Assembly: GCA_044352305.1 (NCBI GenBank)
Contig: JBILED010000001.1
Location: 1-62,365 of the forward strand
Direction: 5' to 3'
Source of the DNA: Gemmatimonas sp.
GTDB lineage: Bacteria; Gemmatimonadota; Gemmatimonadetes; Gemmatimonadales; Gemmatimonadaceae
DNA: 62,365 nt
Positions 36,887 through 46,736 of the stretch are shown here, one piece after another. The position numbers were made by a program, and so were the translations under genes. Positions within the stretch are counted from its first letter, which is position 1, and every line of letters starts with the position of its first letter. The notes below the pieces were generated by a model, which ran no database searches, was not told where the DNA came from, and saw only the letters and a list, made by a program, of their open reading frames with translations.

Positions 36887-38410
36887 GTGAGGACGCATCA
36901 CAGGAAGTTCCTCGTCGCCGCCACGGTCGCGTGCGTGTGCATGCTCGGCGCCGCGCGTGCGCGCGCGCAAGCGTTCACGCAAGCGTTCGCGCAAGCGTTC
37001 GCGTCACCGGGGCGTCCCGGGCGCGTCGACATCACAAGCGTGGATAGCATCACACGCCTGCCGCTCGCGGGTGCGAGCGTGCGCCTCGTGTCGGTGTTCG
37101 ATACGACGCGCGTGCACGACGCCATCCTCGATGCGCACGGACGCGCACGGGTGGACAGCCTGCCGGCCGGGCCGTGGGTGCTCACGGCGCGCCACGCACG
37201 CCTCGATACGCTCGGAATGGGCAGCGTGCAGGTGCCGTTCACCGTGCGCGCCGGGCGCGGCGTGACCGTGCGCGCGGCGATGCCGTCGGTGCGCACACTC
37301 GTGGCGCGCGTGTGCGGGAGCGCGGCCACCCAGGGTACCGGCTACCTGTTCGGGACCGTGCGGCGGGCCATGCGGACCAGCGCGTCGCCGCGCGCAGCAG
37401 CGACGGTCAGCGCCCTGCCGCTCAGCGCCGGGCAGGTGACGGCGCAGTGGCCGGACCTGCGGATCGAGGCGGGGCGTGTCGAACGCACCATCGTGACCAC
37501 CGACGTGCCGGTGGGCGACGACGGCCGCTACGTGCTGTGCGGCGTGCCCGCCGAGACCACCGTACGGCTGCGCGCGGTGGGCGCCGACGGGGCGAGCGGC
37601 GTCGCCACGTTCACGTCGTCGGCCACCGGCATTGCGCCGCGCGACCTGGTGCTGGGGCGTGCGGACACGGTGGTGAAGACGCCGAGCGGCCCGCAGGCAC
37701 CGGAGGACAGCGGCTTGGTGGAGATCGTGCTGCGTGGCGCGGGCGGGGTGCGCGGCACGGTGCAGACCGTCGACGGACGTCCGCTCGCCAACGCCATCGT
37801 CGGGCTGAGTGCGACCGGGCTCGATACACGCACCGACAGTGCGGGGCGCTTCCTGCTCGGGGCCACGCCCACCGGCACGTGGACGCTCGCCGTGCAGGCG
37901 CTCGGGTACGCGCCGCGGCAGCAGCCGGTCGACCTTGTGCCCGGCGACACCGTGGCGCAGGTAGTGGCGCTGGTGCGCGTGCAAGCCATGGATACGTTGC
38001 GGGTACGTGCGAACGCGATGGCGCGCACGGTGCTCGGGCGCAACCTCGCGGCCATCGAAGAGAGGCGGAAGATGGGATTCGGCAAGTTCCTGACGCAGGA
38101 GGACTTTGCAAAGGCCGAAGGCCGAAACATGCTGAATGTTCTCACCAGTCGAATCCCCGGGCTGCGCATCGCCGGCACCGGCCGTCGGACGCTGGTCTCA
38201 AGTCGTGGTGCCATCAGCGTCTCTCAACCGCAGTGTCCGGTACGCGTGATTTTCGACGGGAGCCCCGACGCGGCGCCGCTGGACTTGGACTCCATCGACC
38301 CCTCAACGATCGCCGCCGCCGAGTACTATACTCCCGCGACTGTACCGCTTCAGTTCAATTTTCGCGGGGATGCGCCATGCGGCACACTCCTGCTCTGGTC
38401 GCGCTGGTAG
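36887..38410 (+). CDS. carboxypeptidase-regulatory-like repeat plus TonB-plug-like protein (paralog of 2435-3826)
   Basis: GGAGA RBS; shared motifs H.RLDTLG, RT.VARVC, GRY..CGVP, RR..GFG.F, C..FDG, CG..L.W; 12-bp repeat x3 at 36965-37000. Confidence 0.78.
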   Translation: MRTHHRKFLVAATVACVCMLGAARARAQAFTQAFAQAFASPGRPGRVDITSVDSITRLPLAGASVRLVSVFDTTRVHDAILDAHGRARVDSLPAGPWVLTARHARLDTLGMGSVQVPFTVRAGRGVTVRAAMPSVRTLVARVCGSAATQGTGYLFGTVRRAMRTSASPRAAATVSALPLSAGQVTAQWPDLRIEAGRVERTIVTTDVPVGDDGRYVLCGVPAETTVRLRAVGADGASGVATFTSSATGIAPRDLVLGRADTVVKTPSGPQAPEDSGLVEIVLRGAGGVRGTVQTVDGRPLANAIVGLSATGLDTRTDSAGRFLLGATPTGTWTLAVQALGYAPRQQPVDLVPGDTVAQVVALVRVQAMDTLRVRANAMARTVLGRNLAAIEERRKMGFGKFLTQEDFAKAEGRNMLNVLTSRIPGLRIAGTGRRTLVSSRGAISVSQPQCPVRVIFDGSPDAAPLDLDSIDPSTIAAAEYYTPATVPLQFNFRGDAPCGTLLLWSRW

Positions 38411-38945
38411 TGCCATCGTCATGGTGTTCGACACGCGTTTCGTCCTACTCTTGGTCTTCAGTTCGTTCATCATCGATGAAGTCCCCACAGCAGTTGCCAT
38501 GACCGTCGTATCGGGTCTCCACGCCGGTCCCAATCGATCCGCCGGCTCCCACATGGGGGCAGAACCACCGCCTTGTCCGCCACGAGGTGGCACCCTTTGG
38601 TGCCACACCGCCGGTCACGGGCTCCCCATGCGGCGAGCGCATCATTGACGGGATGGGAACTTCGATTCCGGTACGTCGCGTACACGGCACCAACCGAAGC
38701 GACGGCAACCGTTCGCGTGGCGCGAGCCTCACGACGATTGCGGCATCCGGAGTTTTGCAGATGCGCGCTGCGCGCGCATTCCTTTCTCGGCGCCAGCTGC
38801 GGAACGCGGCGTCAGCCACTGCAAAACAGGCGGCCATCAACGCCCCCGCTAACGCCTTGATCGTCTGTACGTCCAAGAAGAAGGTCGCCCATCACCCGTC
38901 CAGCGGGAAACGCTCGGCGGAACTACCCCTTCGAGTGTCGTCTGC

Positions 38946-39953
38946 ATGCGATTTCGATGCGCCGTCTCCCTGCTGCTGGTCCTCACGGCCGCCTGCGCCG
39001 GCGGTACCGCGTCCTCGGTGCCGACTGAGCCTCCCCCGGCAACGCCCCCATATCCGGTCGGACGGATGACCGACCAGACCCTCGTCGTCGGTGGCGTGAC
39101 ACGGCAGTTCCGCGTGCACGTGCCGGTGGGGACGACGACGCCGAACGCGGTCGTCTTCGTGCTGCACGGCGGCGGCGGCGAAGGGCTCGACGTCTCGGTC
39201 CTCGGCCAACATGCCCTGTCGGTGTTCCGCACCGTCGCCGACCGGGAGGGCTTCGTGGTCGTGTATCCAGCCGGCCTTCCGGCGAACGACGCACAGCGCC
39301 TGGCCGGTTGGGTGGACTGCCGCGCCGACAACACGGTCGCGAGCGCGGCGGACGATATCGGGTTCCTCGCCGCACTGGTGGAGCGGGTGCGCACAGCGTA
39401 CGGGCTCACCAGCGCGCGCATGTTCATGACCGGGGGGTCGAACGGCGCCCAGATGACCCACGCCTTCGCGTTCAACCGGGCCGACCTCGTTGGCGCCGTC
39501 GCGACCGGGTCGGGGAGTCTGCCGGTGACCCCGAAGGCGGGCGGCTGCACGAGCGGCCCGAGCCGCCCCCTGCCGATCATGATCGTGCACGGGTCGGGAG
39601 ATACCCAGATGCCGTGGGCTGGCGGCTGCGTCGCGGACATCGGCGGCAACTGCAACCGCGGCCGGGTGATCTCGGCCGAGGCGACGCGTGATCGGTGGCT
39701 GCAGATCAACGGGCTAGGCGGGGTAACGCCCACGACGACGGTGGTGGATTCGAGCGCCGCCGACGCCGGACCCGCGAGCCGGTTCGACTATCCGGGAGCC
39801 GCCCCCGTGCGCTGGTGGCGGCTGGACGGGGCGGGGCATACCGCCCCGAGCCGCACCGTCCTGTCGCCACCGAACCCGGTGACAGGCATCCAGAACCGGG
39901 ACATCGAGTTCGCCGAGATTGTCTGGGCGTTCTTCAAGACACGGCTGCCATAG
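38946..39953 (+). CDS. esterase / PHB-depolymerase-like lipoprotein (LpqP-like)
   Basis: lipobox LTAAC; VLHGGGG, VVYPAG, DDIGF, TGGSNGA, HG..D, GAGH. Confidence 0.88.
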   Translation: MRFRCAVSLLLVLTAACAGGTASSVPTEPPPATPPYPVGRMTDQTLVVGGVTRQFRVHVPVGTTTPNAVVFVLHGGGGEGLDVSVLGQHALSVFRTVADREGFVVVYPAGLPANDAQRLAGWVDCRADNTVASAADDIGFLAALVERVRTAYGLTSARMFMTGGSNGAQMTHAFAFNRADLVGAVATGSGSLPVTPKAGGCTSGPSRPLPIMIVHGSGDTQMPWAGGCVADIGGNCNRGRVISAEATRDRWLQINGLGGVTPTTTVVDSSAADAGPASRFDYPGAAPVRWWRLDGAGHTAPSRTVLSPPNPVTGIQNRDIEFAEIVWAFFKTRLP

Positions 39954-40088
39954 ACAATCGATTGCGCAGAGCGTGCCATCGGGATCAGCGCTGAACTCCG
40001 GCGAGCAACCGCCCGGGGAACTCCTCGTCAGCATGCTTGTTCCGCCAGGCCGGATGGGCCGTTTCGACGCAGCTTCTGCGTGGCGCTC

Positions 40089-40180
40089 GCCTAACGGTGC
40101 CTGCTGCCAAGGGGAAGTTTCGGAAACGCGCTGCGCACGCATTTCATCTGATCGCTCGCCGCAGAAGCGGGGCGTTCGAC
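40089..40180 (+). mobile_element. attC: attC site 8
   Basis: GCCTAAC-ggtgc-CTGCTGCC...CCGCAGAAG...GTTCGAC; central TTTCGGAA.CGCGCT.CGC.CGCATTTC nearly identical to attC6. Confidence 0.8.
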
Positions 40181-40224
40181 CGCTCCCGAAAGGCCTGGTC
40201 CCCGCCGTCCATGGCGGGCCCCGG

Positions 40225-41433
40225 TCATGCGGCGTGGTGACGAGGGAGGGCCACCCAGACGAGCAGCATCACCACCGCTGACGCGGCGGTGTACGTGGCA
40301 GTTTGCTCACCCGCCACTCCGCGGGCCAGCACCCAGGCCAAGGCCGCGCAGATCACGGCCAGCCCCACCCCCAGCCGCGTGGCAACCAACCGCCGCCCGT
40401 GCTGCCTCACGCGCCGCTCGGTGCGCATCACGCGACCGATCACACGCAGCAGCGCCGCGCCGGGCCAGATGAACAGCTTGACGCCCACCACCATCATCAG
40501 CACCCCGACCAGGCGGATCCCCCACGTCAGCGCCGCATGGAGGCGCCGAGTGGATTGCACCAGCTCCTTCGCCGTCATCGTGCCGTCGCGCACAAGGTCG
40601 ACCTCACTGGACGACGGGCTCAGCGCGTTCACAATCGTTCGTGCCGCCGGCAGTGGCACCGCCACCCGGTACGGCGCGAAGCTGTTCCCGGCCTGCGCGG
40701 CCAGGATGCTCACGGGGCCGGGAGTGAAGACGGAATAGCGGATTCGCAGGTCGCCGATTTCCGGCTGGTCGGGATTGCCTCCCAGGTAGTACGTGTCGCC
40801 GTGGCGCACGAGGGTGCCGACGGCCACCTTGCGCGTGTCGGGCTGGCCGGCGAGCGACAACGGCACGCGGTCGCCGATACGCTCAACCTGCCCGCGATTC
40901 AGGCGAAAGGCACCCACCGTGACCTCTTCGGCCAGCCACTCCTCGGTGAGGAGCGGCATCGGGGGGTTGCGCGGCGCGTCGGGTCCAATCAGGTCGGTGG
41001 AGTCATGCCAGCTCTGTGACCAGCGCGTGGTGTACTCGTAGCCCGTCACCTTCCTCCGCGACGTGATCTTCCGCTCCATCCACTGGTACATCTCCACGGT
41101 GCGAAACAGCCGGACGCCTGATGCGGCAACGCCGACGTCGGGATCGGTCACCTCGCCGGCGGCCACGGCCGACCCGGTGACATGGACCAGCGCCCCCTCG
41201 CGCGCCGGGTCCACGCGGTGGGCAGGCACGGTGATGGTACGCTGCGGACCACGGTCCAGGGCGTCCCCACGAACGGCGGTGGCCAGTTCGTTGAGGCTCA
41301 GGATGACAAAGGCCATGGCACAGCAGATACCGCCGAAGACCATCGAGAGCGGAGTGAGGAGCACCCAGGTGAACGGCGCCGCAAAGGGATTGCGGTGACG
41401 CCGCCCCTCGATGGACATGGAGATGTTGCTCAC
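40225..41433 (-). CDS. TMEM43 family (DUF1625) membrane protein
   Basis: NE, EG.LVHVTG, L.R.VEMYQW.E, P.IGDLRI, TW..RL.G motifs; N- and C-terminal TM segments. Confidence 0.8.
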   Translation of the reverse strand: MSNISMSIEGRRHRNPFAAPFTWVLLTPLSMVFGGICCAMAFVILSLNELATAVRGDALDRGPQRTITVPAHRVDPAREGALVHVTGSAVAAGEVTDPDVGVAASGVRLFRTVEMYQWMERKITSRRKVTGYEYTTRWSQSWHDSTDLIGPDAPRNPPMPLLTEEWLAEEVTVGAFRLNRGQVERIGDRVPLSLAGQPDTRKVAVGTLVRHGDTYYLGGNPDQPEIGDLRIRYSVFTPGPVSILAAQAGNSFAPYRVAVPLPAARTIVNALSPSSSEVDLVRDGTMTAKELVQSTRRLHAALTWGIRLVGVLMMVVGVKLFIWPGAALLRVIGRVMRTERRVRQHGRRLVATRLGVGLAVICAALAWVLARGVAGEQTATYTAASAVVMLLVWVALPRHHAA

Positions 41434-41529
41434 GGCGCGATGTCCCCGACCTCGTCAGGCCAGCACCAGTGTTTACGCACGAAGCGGCTGGTCTCCATCA
41501 GCCGGTGCCCTCGGCTGCCCCGTGCGTGG

Positions 41530-42945
41530 TCACCGTGGCGTTGGCGATGTCTCGGCGGCACGCTCGCGCTCCAGCATCAGCCCCGCCGCGGTGCCACGCT
41601 TGAACCCCTTCCAGTAGGTGTGCGTGCGCCCCGGGTTGCCGTCGCGGTCCGTCGCATACACCCCGTCCTTGCCGTTGGGCAGGAGGTGCAGATAGGCGAG
41701 CTTGCTGCTGTCCCCCTTCAGCCGCGCGTCGACGTGGGCCGTGACAAAGTGCGCCAGGATGTTGTTCATCCGGCGCGTATCCCACATCGGGTCGGCGTAG
41801 TGGGTGAAGGGGAAGGACTTGAGGGTGGATGAATACGCGTAGCTTTCGGCTGGAGCCGGCATCGGGGCTGCCGCGTTGTGCCCCGCACCGAGGAACGTGA
41901 GCAGATAGCGCTCGGCGTTCACGGTGCCACGAAACAGCGCCCGCGTGCCGTTCTCATAGCCGGACACGTCGTCGGCGCTGCCCGCCACGAAGAGGGTGGG
42001 GGTGCGAATGCCGGCCAGCCCCGCCGCATCCCAGAAGCCGGCCTGCATCCCCCACGGGCCGATCACCACCGCGGCCTTGATGCGGGCATCGCCATGGCGT
42101 CGCCGATATTCCGGGTGGTCAGCGCTGCGCTCCAGCAGCAGGGCGTGCGGCGGCGCTCCGGGCAGGGAGGCCGCCGCGGCACGGAAGCCACCACCGATCG
42201 CGTTCAGTACCCCATATCCGCCCATGGAATAGCCGATGATGCCACTCCGATCGGCATCTACCCGACCAGCCAGGAAGCTCCGCGAGGTCGGCGCCCCCAG
42301 GTCGGCGATCGCCTGCAGCACGAACAGCTGATCGAGCGGACGATTATAGAGCGTGCTGGCGAACGCCCGGGCATCGTCGTACGTGCTTTCGGTGTGGTCG
42401 ATGGACACGACCACGTACCCCTTGCTGGCCAGGTTCTCGCCGAGGTGACTGAGCAGGTAGCGATTGCCGGGGTATCCGTGCGAGATGATCAGCAGCGGAA
42501 ACGGTCGGTCACCGTCGCGTGGTGCGGCATCACGCTGGGCCTGACCATAGAGCGACATGGTCACCGACGGATCGCGCATGACGGCGCGGTACTCCCCCAG
42601 TCGCCCCGGATTCCCGCCCGCCGCCGGATACCACACTTCGAGCGTGAGCGAGCGATCATATCGTGCGGCGCTGTCGCCGGCGATCATGCGCAGGACATCC
42701 CGACGGCGGCGATCGGTCACCGTGATGGTGCGCACCCCGATCGGGTAGGGCCCGAACATGGCCAGCTCGGGGGCCATCGGTGTCACGACATCGATGCGCT
42801 GGTCGAGCGGCGGCACCCGCACAGCGTCGAGACGTCCGGCTCCCGCGCGCGGCGGGCTCGGGTCCTGCGCGGCTACGCCATCGGGAGCAAGGAGGACGAG
42901 CGCCCAGAGCGCGGTCCTCGCAAAACGGCGGCGGGTAAGGGGCAT
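41530..42945 (-). CDS. secreted alpha/beta hydrolase (dienelactone hydrolase / PAF-acetylhydrolase-like)
   Basis: SHGYPG, LAS.GYVV, RPLD, GYSMGG, G..DD, A.HN. Confidence 0.88.
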   Translation of the reverse strand: MPLTRRRFARTALWALVLLAPDGVAAQDPSPPRAGAGRLDAVRVPPLDQRIDVVTPMAPELAMFGPYPIGVRTITVTDRRRRDVLRMIAGDSAARYDRSLTLEVWYPAAGGNPGRLGEYRAVMRDPSVTMSLYGQAQRDAAPRDGDRPFPLLIISHGYPGNRYLLSHLGENLASKGYVVVSIDHTESTYDDARAFASTLYNRPLDQLFVLQAIADLGAPTSRSFLAGRVDADRSGIIGYSMGGYGVLNAIGGGFRAAAASLPGAPPHALLLERSADHPEYRRRHGDARIKAAVVIGPWGMQAGFWDAAGLAGIRTPTLFVAGSADDVSGYENGTRALFRGTVNAERYLLTFLGAGHNAAAPMPAPAESYAYSSTLKSFPFTHYADPMWDTRRMNNILAHFVTAHVDARLKGDSSKLAYLHLLPNGKDGVYATDRDGNPGRTHTYWKGFKRGTAAGLMLERERAAETSPTPR

Positions 42946-43054
42946 CGGGATAGGGGGGAGGGAATCGGCGGATGCCGGGACGACCTTAAGGATACGCGCT
43001 GACCGAACGCTCGCTGCCCCCGCCACTCGGCGAGGGCGGACGTACATTCCCCCC

Positions 43055-44563
43055 ATGGCCACCCTACGCACCCTGCTCCCCGCCGCGGCCCTCCTTGGCG
43101 CCGCCTGCGCCCCCGACTCGCGCACCCCCGTCGACCTGCTCATCAGCGGCGGCAGCGTCATCACCATGGACTCCGCACGCCGGGTGATCGAGGACGGTGC
43201 GGTGGCCATCGCCGGCGACTCGATCGTCGCCGTGGGGACCGCCGCCGACCTCACCGCACGCTTCGCGGCCCGCGAGACGATCGATGGCTCGCGCAGGATC
43301 ATCATGCCCGGGCTGATCGACGGCCACGGCCATGCCGGGCACGGACTCGTGAAGTCGCTCGGCATGGACACCGAGGAGTGGTATCCGGCCACCGAACGGA
43401 TCTATGCCAACGGCTCCACCGTGGACTTCTGGCGCGCCGAGGCGCTCCTCACCGGCGTGGAGCGGCTGCGGTTCGGCACCACCACGGCCCTGAGCTTCTT
43501 TGGCGGCGGCGACATGATCATGCGCACCGACGATCCCAGGTACGGCGACACCTACCTGCAGGCGATGCAGGAGGTGGGGACGCGGTTCATCCTTGCCGTC
43601 GGGCCGCGACGGCCGCCCTTCCCCAAGCGCTACACCGACTGGCAGGGCGACTCGGCGCGCGAGGTCCCCGTGACCTTCGAGCGGCAGCTCGAGGTGAGCG
43701 AGGCGCTCATCGCCAAGTGGAACGGTGCGGCGAACGGTCTCTTGCACCTCGCCATGGCCTTCCCCACGCATCACCCCGAGACCACGCCCCTCACGCCGGC
43801 CGCGCTCGCCGAGCTCACCGCGCAGGCCCGTGCCACGCGCGCGATGGCCACGAAGCATGGACTCCTCTTCACGCAGGACGGTCATTCGAGCGGCTCGGTG
43901 CAGTGGGCCGACACCGTCTTCGGCATCCTCGGCCCCAATGTGCTCCTCTCGCACGCCACCGGAATGACGCCGGAGGACATCGCAACGATCGTGCGCACCG
44001 GGACGAAGATCGTGCACAACCCGAGCGCCAACGCCGCCACGCGCGAGCGCTTCACGCTGATCGAGCTCCTCGACGCCGGCGCCACCGTGATGCTCGGTTC
44101 GGACGGCGTCGCGCCGGACCGCAGCTATGACATGTTCCGGCACATGTTCCAGGCGATGCGCTACCACCGCTTCCACTTCCGCGACACGAAGGTGCTGCCG
44201 GCCGGCAAGGTGCTCGAAATGCTGACCATCGACGCGGCGCGGGCCCTCGGCATGGCCGACGAGATCGGGTCGCTGGAGCCCGGGAAGAAGGCCGACGTCA
44301 TCCTCATCGACGCCGCGCGCCCGCACATGGCGCCGATGAACATGCCGCTGTATCGCGTCGCCTACTTCGCCAACGGCAACGACGTGAGCACGGTGGTCGT
44401 GAACGGCCGCGTGCTGATGCGCGACCGTGTGGTGCTCTCCGTGGACGAGGCGCAGGTGGTGGCGATGGCGGAACGCGAAGCGGCCGCCGCCATCGCGCGC
44501 ACCGGGCTCGACAGCCTCACGCGCACGCCGGAGGGATTCTGGGGACGGAGCCGGCTCCCCTGA
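43055..44563 (+). CDS. amidohydrolase lipoprotein (MTA/SAH deaminase / AtzA-like)
   Basis: lipobox GAAC; PGLIDGHGH, HNP..N, LGSD, GSLEPGKKAD. Confidence 0.88.
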   Translation: MATLRTLLPAAALLGAACAPDSRTPVDLLISGGSVITMDSARRVIEDGAVAIAGDSIVAVGTAADLTARFAARETIDGSRRIIMPGLIDGHGHAGHGLVKSLGMDTEEWYPATERIYANGSTVDFWRAEALLTGVERLRFGTTTALSFFGGGDMIMRTDDPRYGDTYLQAMQEVGTRFILAVGPRRPPFPKRYTDWQGDSAREVPVTFERQLEVSEALIAKWNGAANGLLHLAMAFPTHHPETTPLTPAALAELTAQARATRAMATKHGLLFTQDGHSSGSVQWADTVFGILGPNVLLSHATGMTPEDIATIVRTGTKIVHNPSANAATRERFTLIELLDAGATVMLGSDGVAPDRSYDMFRHMFQAMRYHRFHFRDTKVLPAGKVLEMLTIDAARALGMADEIGSLEPGKKADVILIDAARPHMAPMNMPLYRVAYFANGNDVSTVVVNGRVLMRDRVVLSVDEAQVVAMAEREAAAAIARTGLDSLTRTPEGFWGRSRLP

Positions 44564-44609
44564 CGGACGCCCGCTGAACGCGCATCCGGGTGTTGGCGAT
44601 GCTGCCGTC

Positions 44610-44800
44610 TCAGGCGGACCCGCCGATCACGCATCCACGCGGCCATCGCGGCCTCGGCAAGCGAGCCCGCCGCCAGCGCCGTCATCACCTGCACGATCTC
44701 CGCTTCCGTCGCGTCCAGGTCCTTCCCGTTCAATCCGGGAGCGGTCATCGCCGCAAGATGCGCGGCGCGCCTGTTTCCGTCGGTGTGGCCCGCCCCGGCA
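44610..44800 (-). pseudogene. Doc/Fic toxin C-terminal remnant
   Basis: GHTDGNRRAAHLAAMT..GLNG.DL...E.E....M.ALAAG.L.E..MAAW.R resembles a decayed HPFxDGNKR motif and Doc tail; no N-terminus. Confidence 0.65.
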
Positions 44801-44881
44801 GCTCGCCTTGGTGCGCGGCACATCCACGGGTTTCCTCAGAGGCGCTGCGCTGGAGCTGACGATCAGTGTGCCCTTGCTGAC

Positions 44882-45079
44882 CAGTGCAGCTGGTGGCTGT
44901 ACAACAATCGGGTGCAGCAGGACACGTTCATCTGGGCCGGGTCGGGATTCGGCGGGCAGTTTCCGATGGCGTTCCCCGACCAGCAGATGGTGGTGGTGTT
45001 CAACGCGTGGAACATCAGCGGCGGGCCCACGCTTCCCCTGCATGCCGTGCAGGAACGGCTGATTCGCGCGGCAAAGTAG
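44882..45079 (+). pseudogene. serine hydrolase (AmpC-like) C-terminal remnant
   Basis: WW...AGSGFGGQ....PDQQMVVV; no SxxK-containing N-terminus. Confidence 0.6.
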
Positions 45080-45176
45080 GCACCACCGGTCATGCAGTGG
45101 CCCGGGCACTTAGGAGAGGTGCCTGATCCTGCATCGTCGCCGCATCGCTGATCAGGGCGACCGGTACCCCCAATCG

Positions 45177-45701
45177 CTAGAAGCGAATCGACACGACGGC
45201 CGCCGGTCCGCCACGTGTCCGGGTCAGGGAGGTGCGGACCGGCGCGTCGAGTCGCTCCCAGCGCTCGGATTGCACCAGCGCACCGATCACGGCACCGGAG
45301 ATGATGCCCGCCAGGGCCACTTCGGCGAGCACCTCGCCCCGGGAAACATCGGTTTCCGTGGAGGAATCGGAGAACAGCCCCGACAGCATGCCGACCCCGC
45401 CGCCCCAGAGCGCCCCCTTGATCGCCCCCTGCGATCGGCTCTTGCCACGGCTGATGTCCGCGGACGTGATCGCCGACAGCGGCAGCTGCACCGGGACGCC
45501 GCTCTCCATGGCGATCGACAGGGAATCGGCCGTCCGGCCCACCACGGTGCCGGTTATGCGCCCGTTGATCGAGCCGGGGGCACGAATCCTGGCACGGACG
45601 CCCGGCAAGAGGCTGCTCAGCTGAGCCTCCACGCTGCCGATGGGCACGGCAACACACGTCATCACTGCACACGCCGCCTGCACAATCGATCGTCCATGCA
45701 T
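45177..45701 (-). CDS. hypothetical secreted or membrane protein with glycine-zipper segments
   Basis: signal peptide, GVRARI, GALWGGGVG, GAVIGAL...ERWE. Confidence 0.65.
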   Translation of the reverse strand: MHGRSIVQAACAVMTCVAVPIGSVEAQLSSLLPGVRARIRAPGSINGRITGTVVGRTADSLSIAMESGVPVQLPLSAITSADISRGKSRSQGAIKGALWGGGVGMLSGLFSDSSTETDVSRGEVLAEVALAGIISGAVIGALVQSERWERLDAPVRTSLTRTRGGPAAVVSIRF

Positions 45702-46135
45702 GCACGCCTCCCCGGATTGAGAAGATCTATGGTTACACCCGAGTGTTGGGGCAGCGTGTCAGGTGATCCCCCACATCCGCCCCGGCGGAGTGAGCCCCGG
45801 GACGCCGGGAGCGCCCTCAGGCCAATTGGCGCCGGGTCACCACATGCCGGCGTTCCGGGGTCCGACCGGCGCCCTACCGGTGACGACACGGTGGTGTTTC
45901 GGCTGGCCGAGTGGCGGTCGAACGCTGGCGGGATCCGGGAACCGGAGCGGGGTCCAGGTGCAGCGGGTGGCGGGGGCGTGGGTCGCCATGTGGGACGGGC
46001 CGCAGCTGCATGGCGACCGGGTCTGCAACCCGCTCCGGGAGACGGGGGCTGTGCAGCCGGGCGCGGACGGCCGTAATTTGAGCTGGTACTGGCGTGCAGT
46101 CTCCTTCCAACGTCTCTCGACGCGGAGTGGCACCA

Positions 46136-46534
46136 ATGCGCATCGTCCCGATGTCAGCGGTCCTGTTGGTCAGTCTTGGCCTCAGCACCCCAGCGCTCTC
46201 CCAAGGGATCGTGAGCGACAGCGCCATGACGCGCGCACAGGCTGCCGCTGGCAGCGCCCAGGTCTCCATGCCTCGCATCCACGGCGACACGCTCCACATC
46301 GCCGTCCGGGATGCCGGCCTCACCCACGAGGTACTCACGGGCGGCCCGTGGCGCCTTGGAGGACAGCGCGGAACCCCGAAGGCGGTTGGGCTTCGGGTGG
46401 CGCAGGCCGTGGTCGGTGGGCTCCGCACCTCCCTCCCGGTCCGGATGGTCGTTGTCGAGGTTGACGGAGCCACTGGCGAGTCGACCCAAGTACGGCTGTT
46501 CTACTACCCCGACCAATTCACCGCCGGCAAGTGA
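46136..46534 (+). CDS. secreted hypothetical protein
   Basis: GGAG RBS; signal peptide ending ALS|Q. Confidence 0.5.
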   Translation: MRIVPMSAVLLVSLGLSTPALSQGIVSDSAMTRAQAAAGSAQVSMPRIHGDTLHIAVRDAGLTHEVLTGGPWRLGGQRGTPKAVGLRVAQAVVGGLRTSLPVRMVVVEVDGATGESTQVRLFYYPDQFTAGK

Positions 46535-46736
46535 TTCCCCGTACGTCCGCAGTGTTGCCGTTCACGCGGCTCTGCGGGCATGGCAGGCGATGCGCATGGT
46601 CTGTCCTCGATCACCACGTCATGTCGCATGGTGCGGGCCATAGGTCTCCCCTTACAACGTGCCATGGAGCGTTCGCGCAGATGCGCTTCTCGGGGCGACC
46701 TTGCACATCCGAGGAGGCCCCGTGCGCCCGTTCCCC

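Larger units (their letters stand above)
31420..40180 (+). mobile_element. integron gene-cassette array (about 8 attC sites)
   Basis: repeated RYYYAAC...GCTGC...GCAG...GTTRRRY hairpins right after stop codons; mixed GC and codon usage. Confidence 0.88.

Noticed and set aside
31926-40180. Recurring hairpins as a CRISPR array or REP elements
   Set aside because: Variable length and sequence, separated by whole ORFs, with R/L box structure typical of attC; no cas genes
45080-45176. Imperfect palindrome as an attC
   Set aside because: No RYYYAAC or GTTRRRY boundaries; lies between convergent ORFs, so a terminator is as likely
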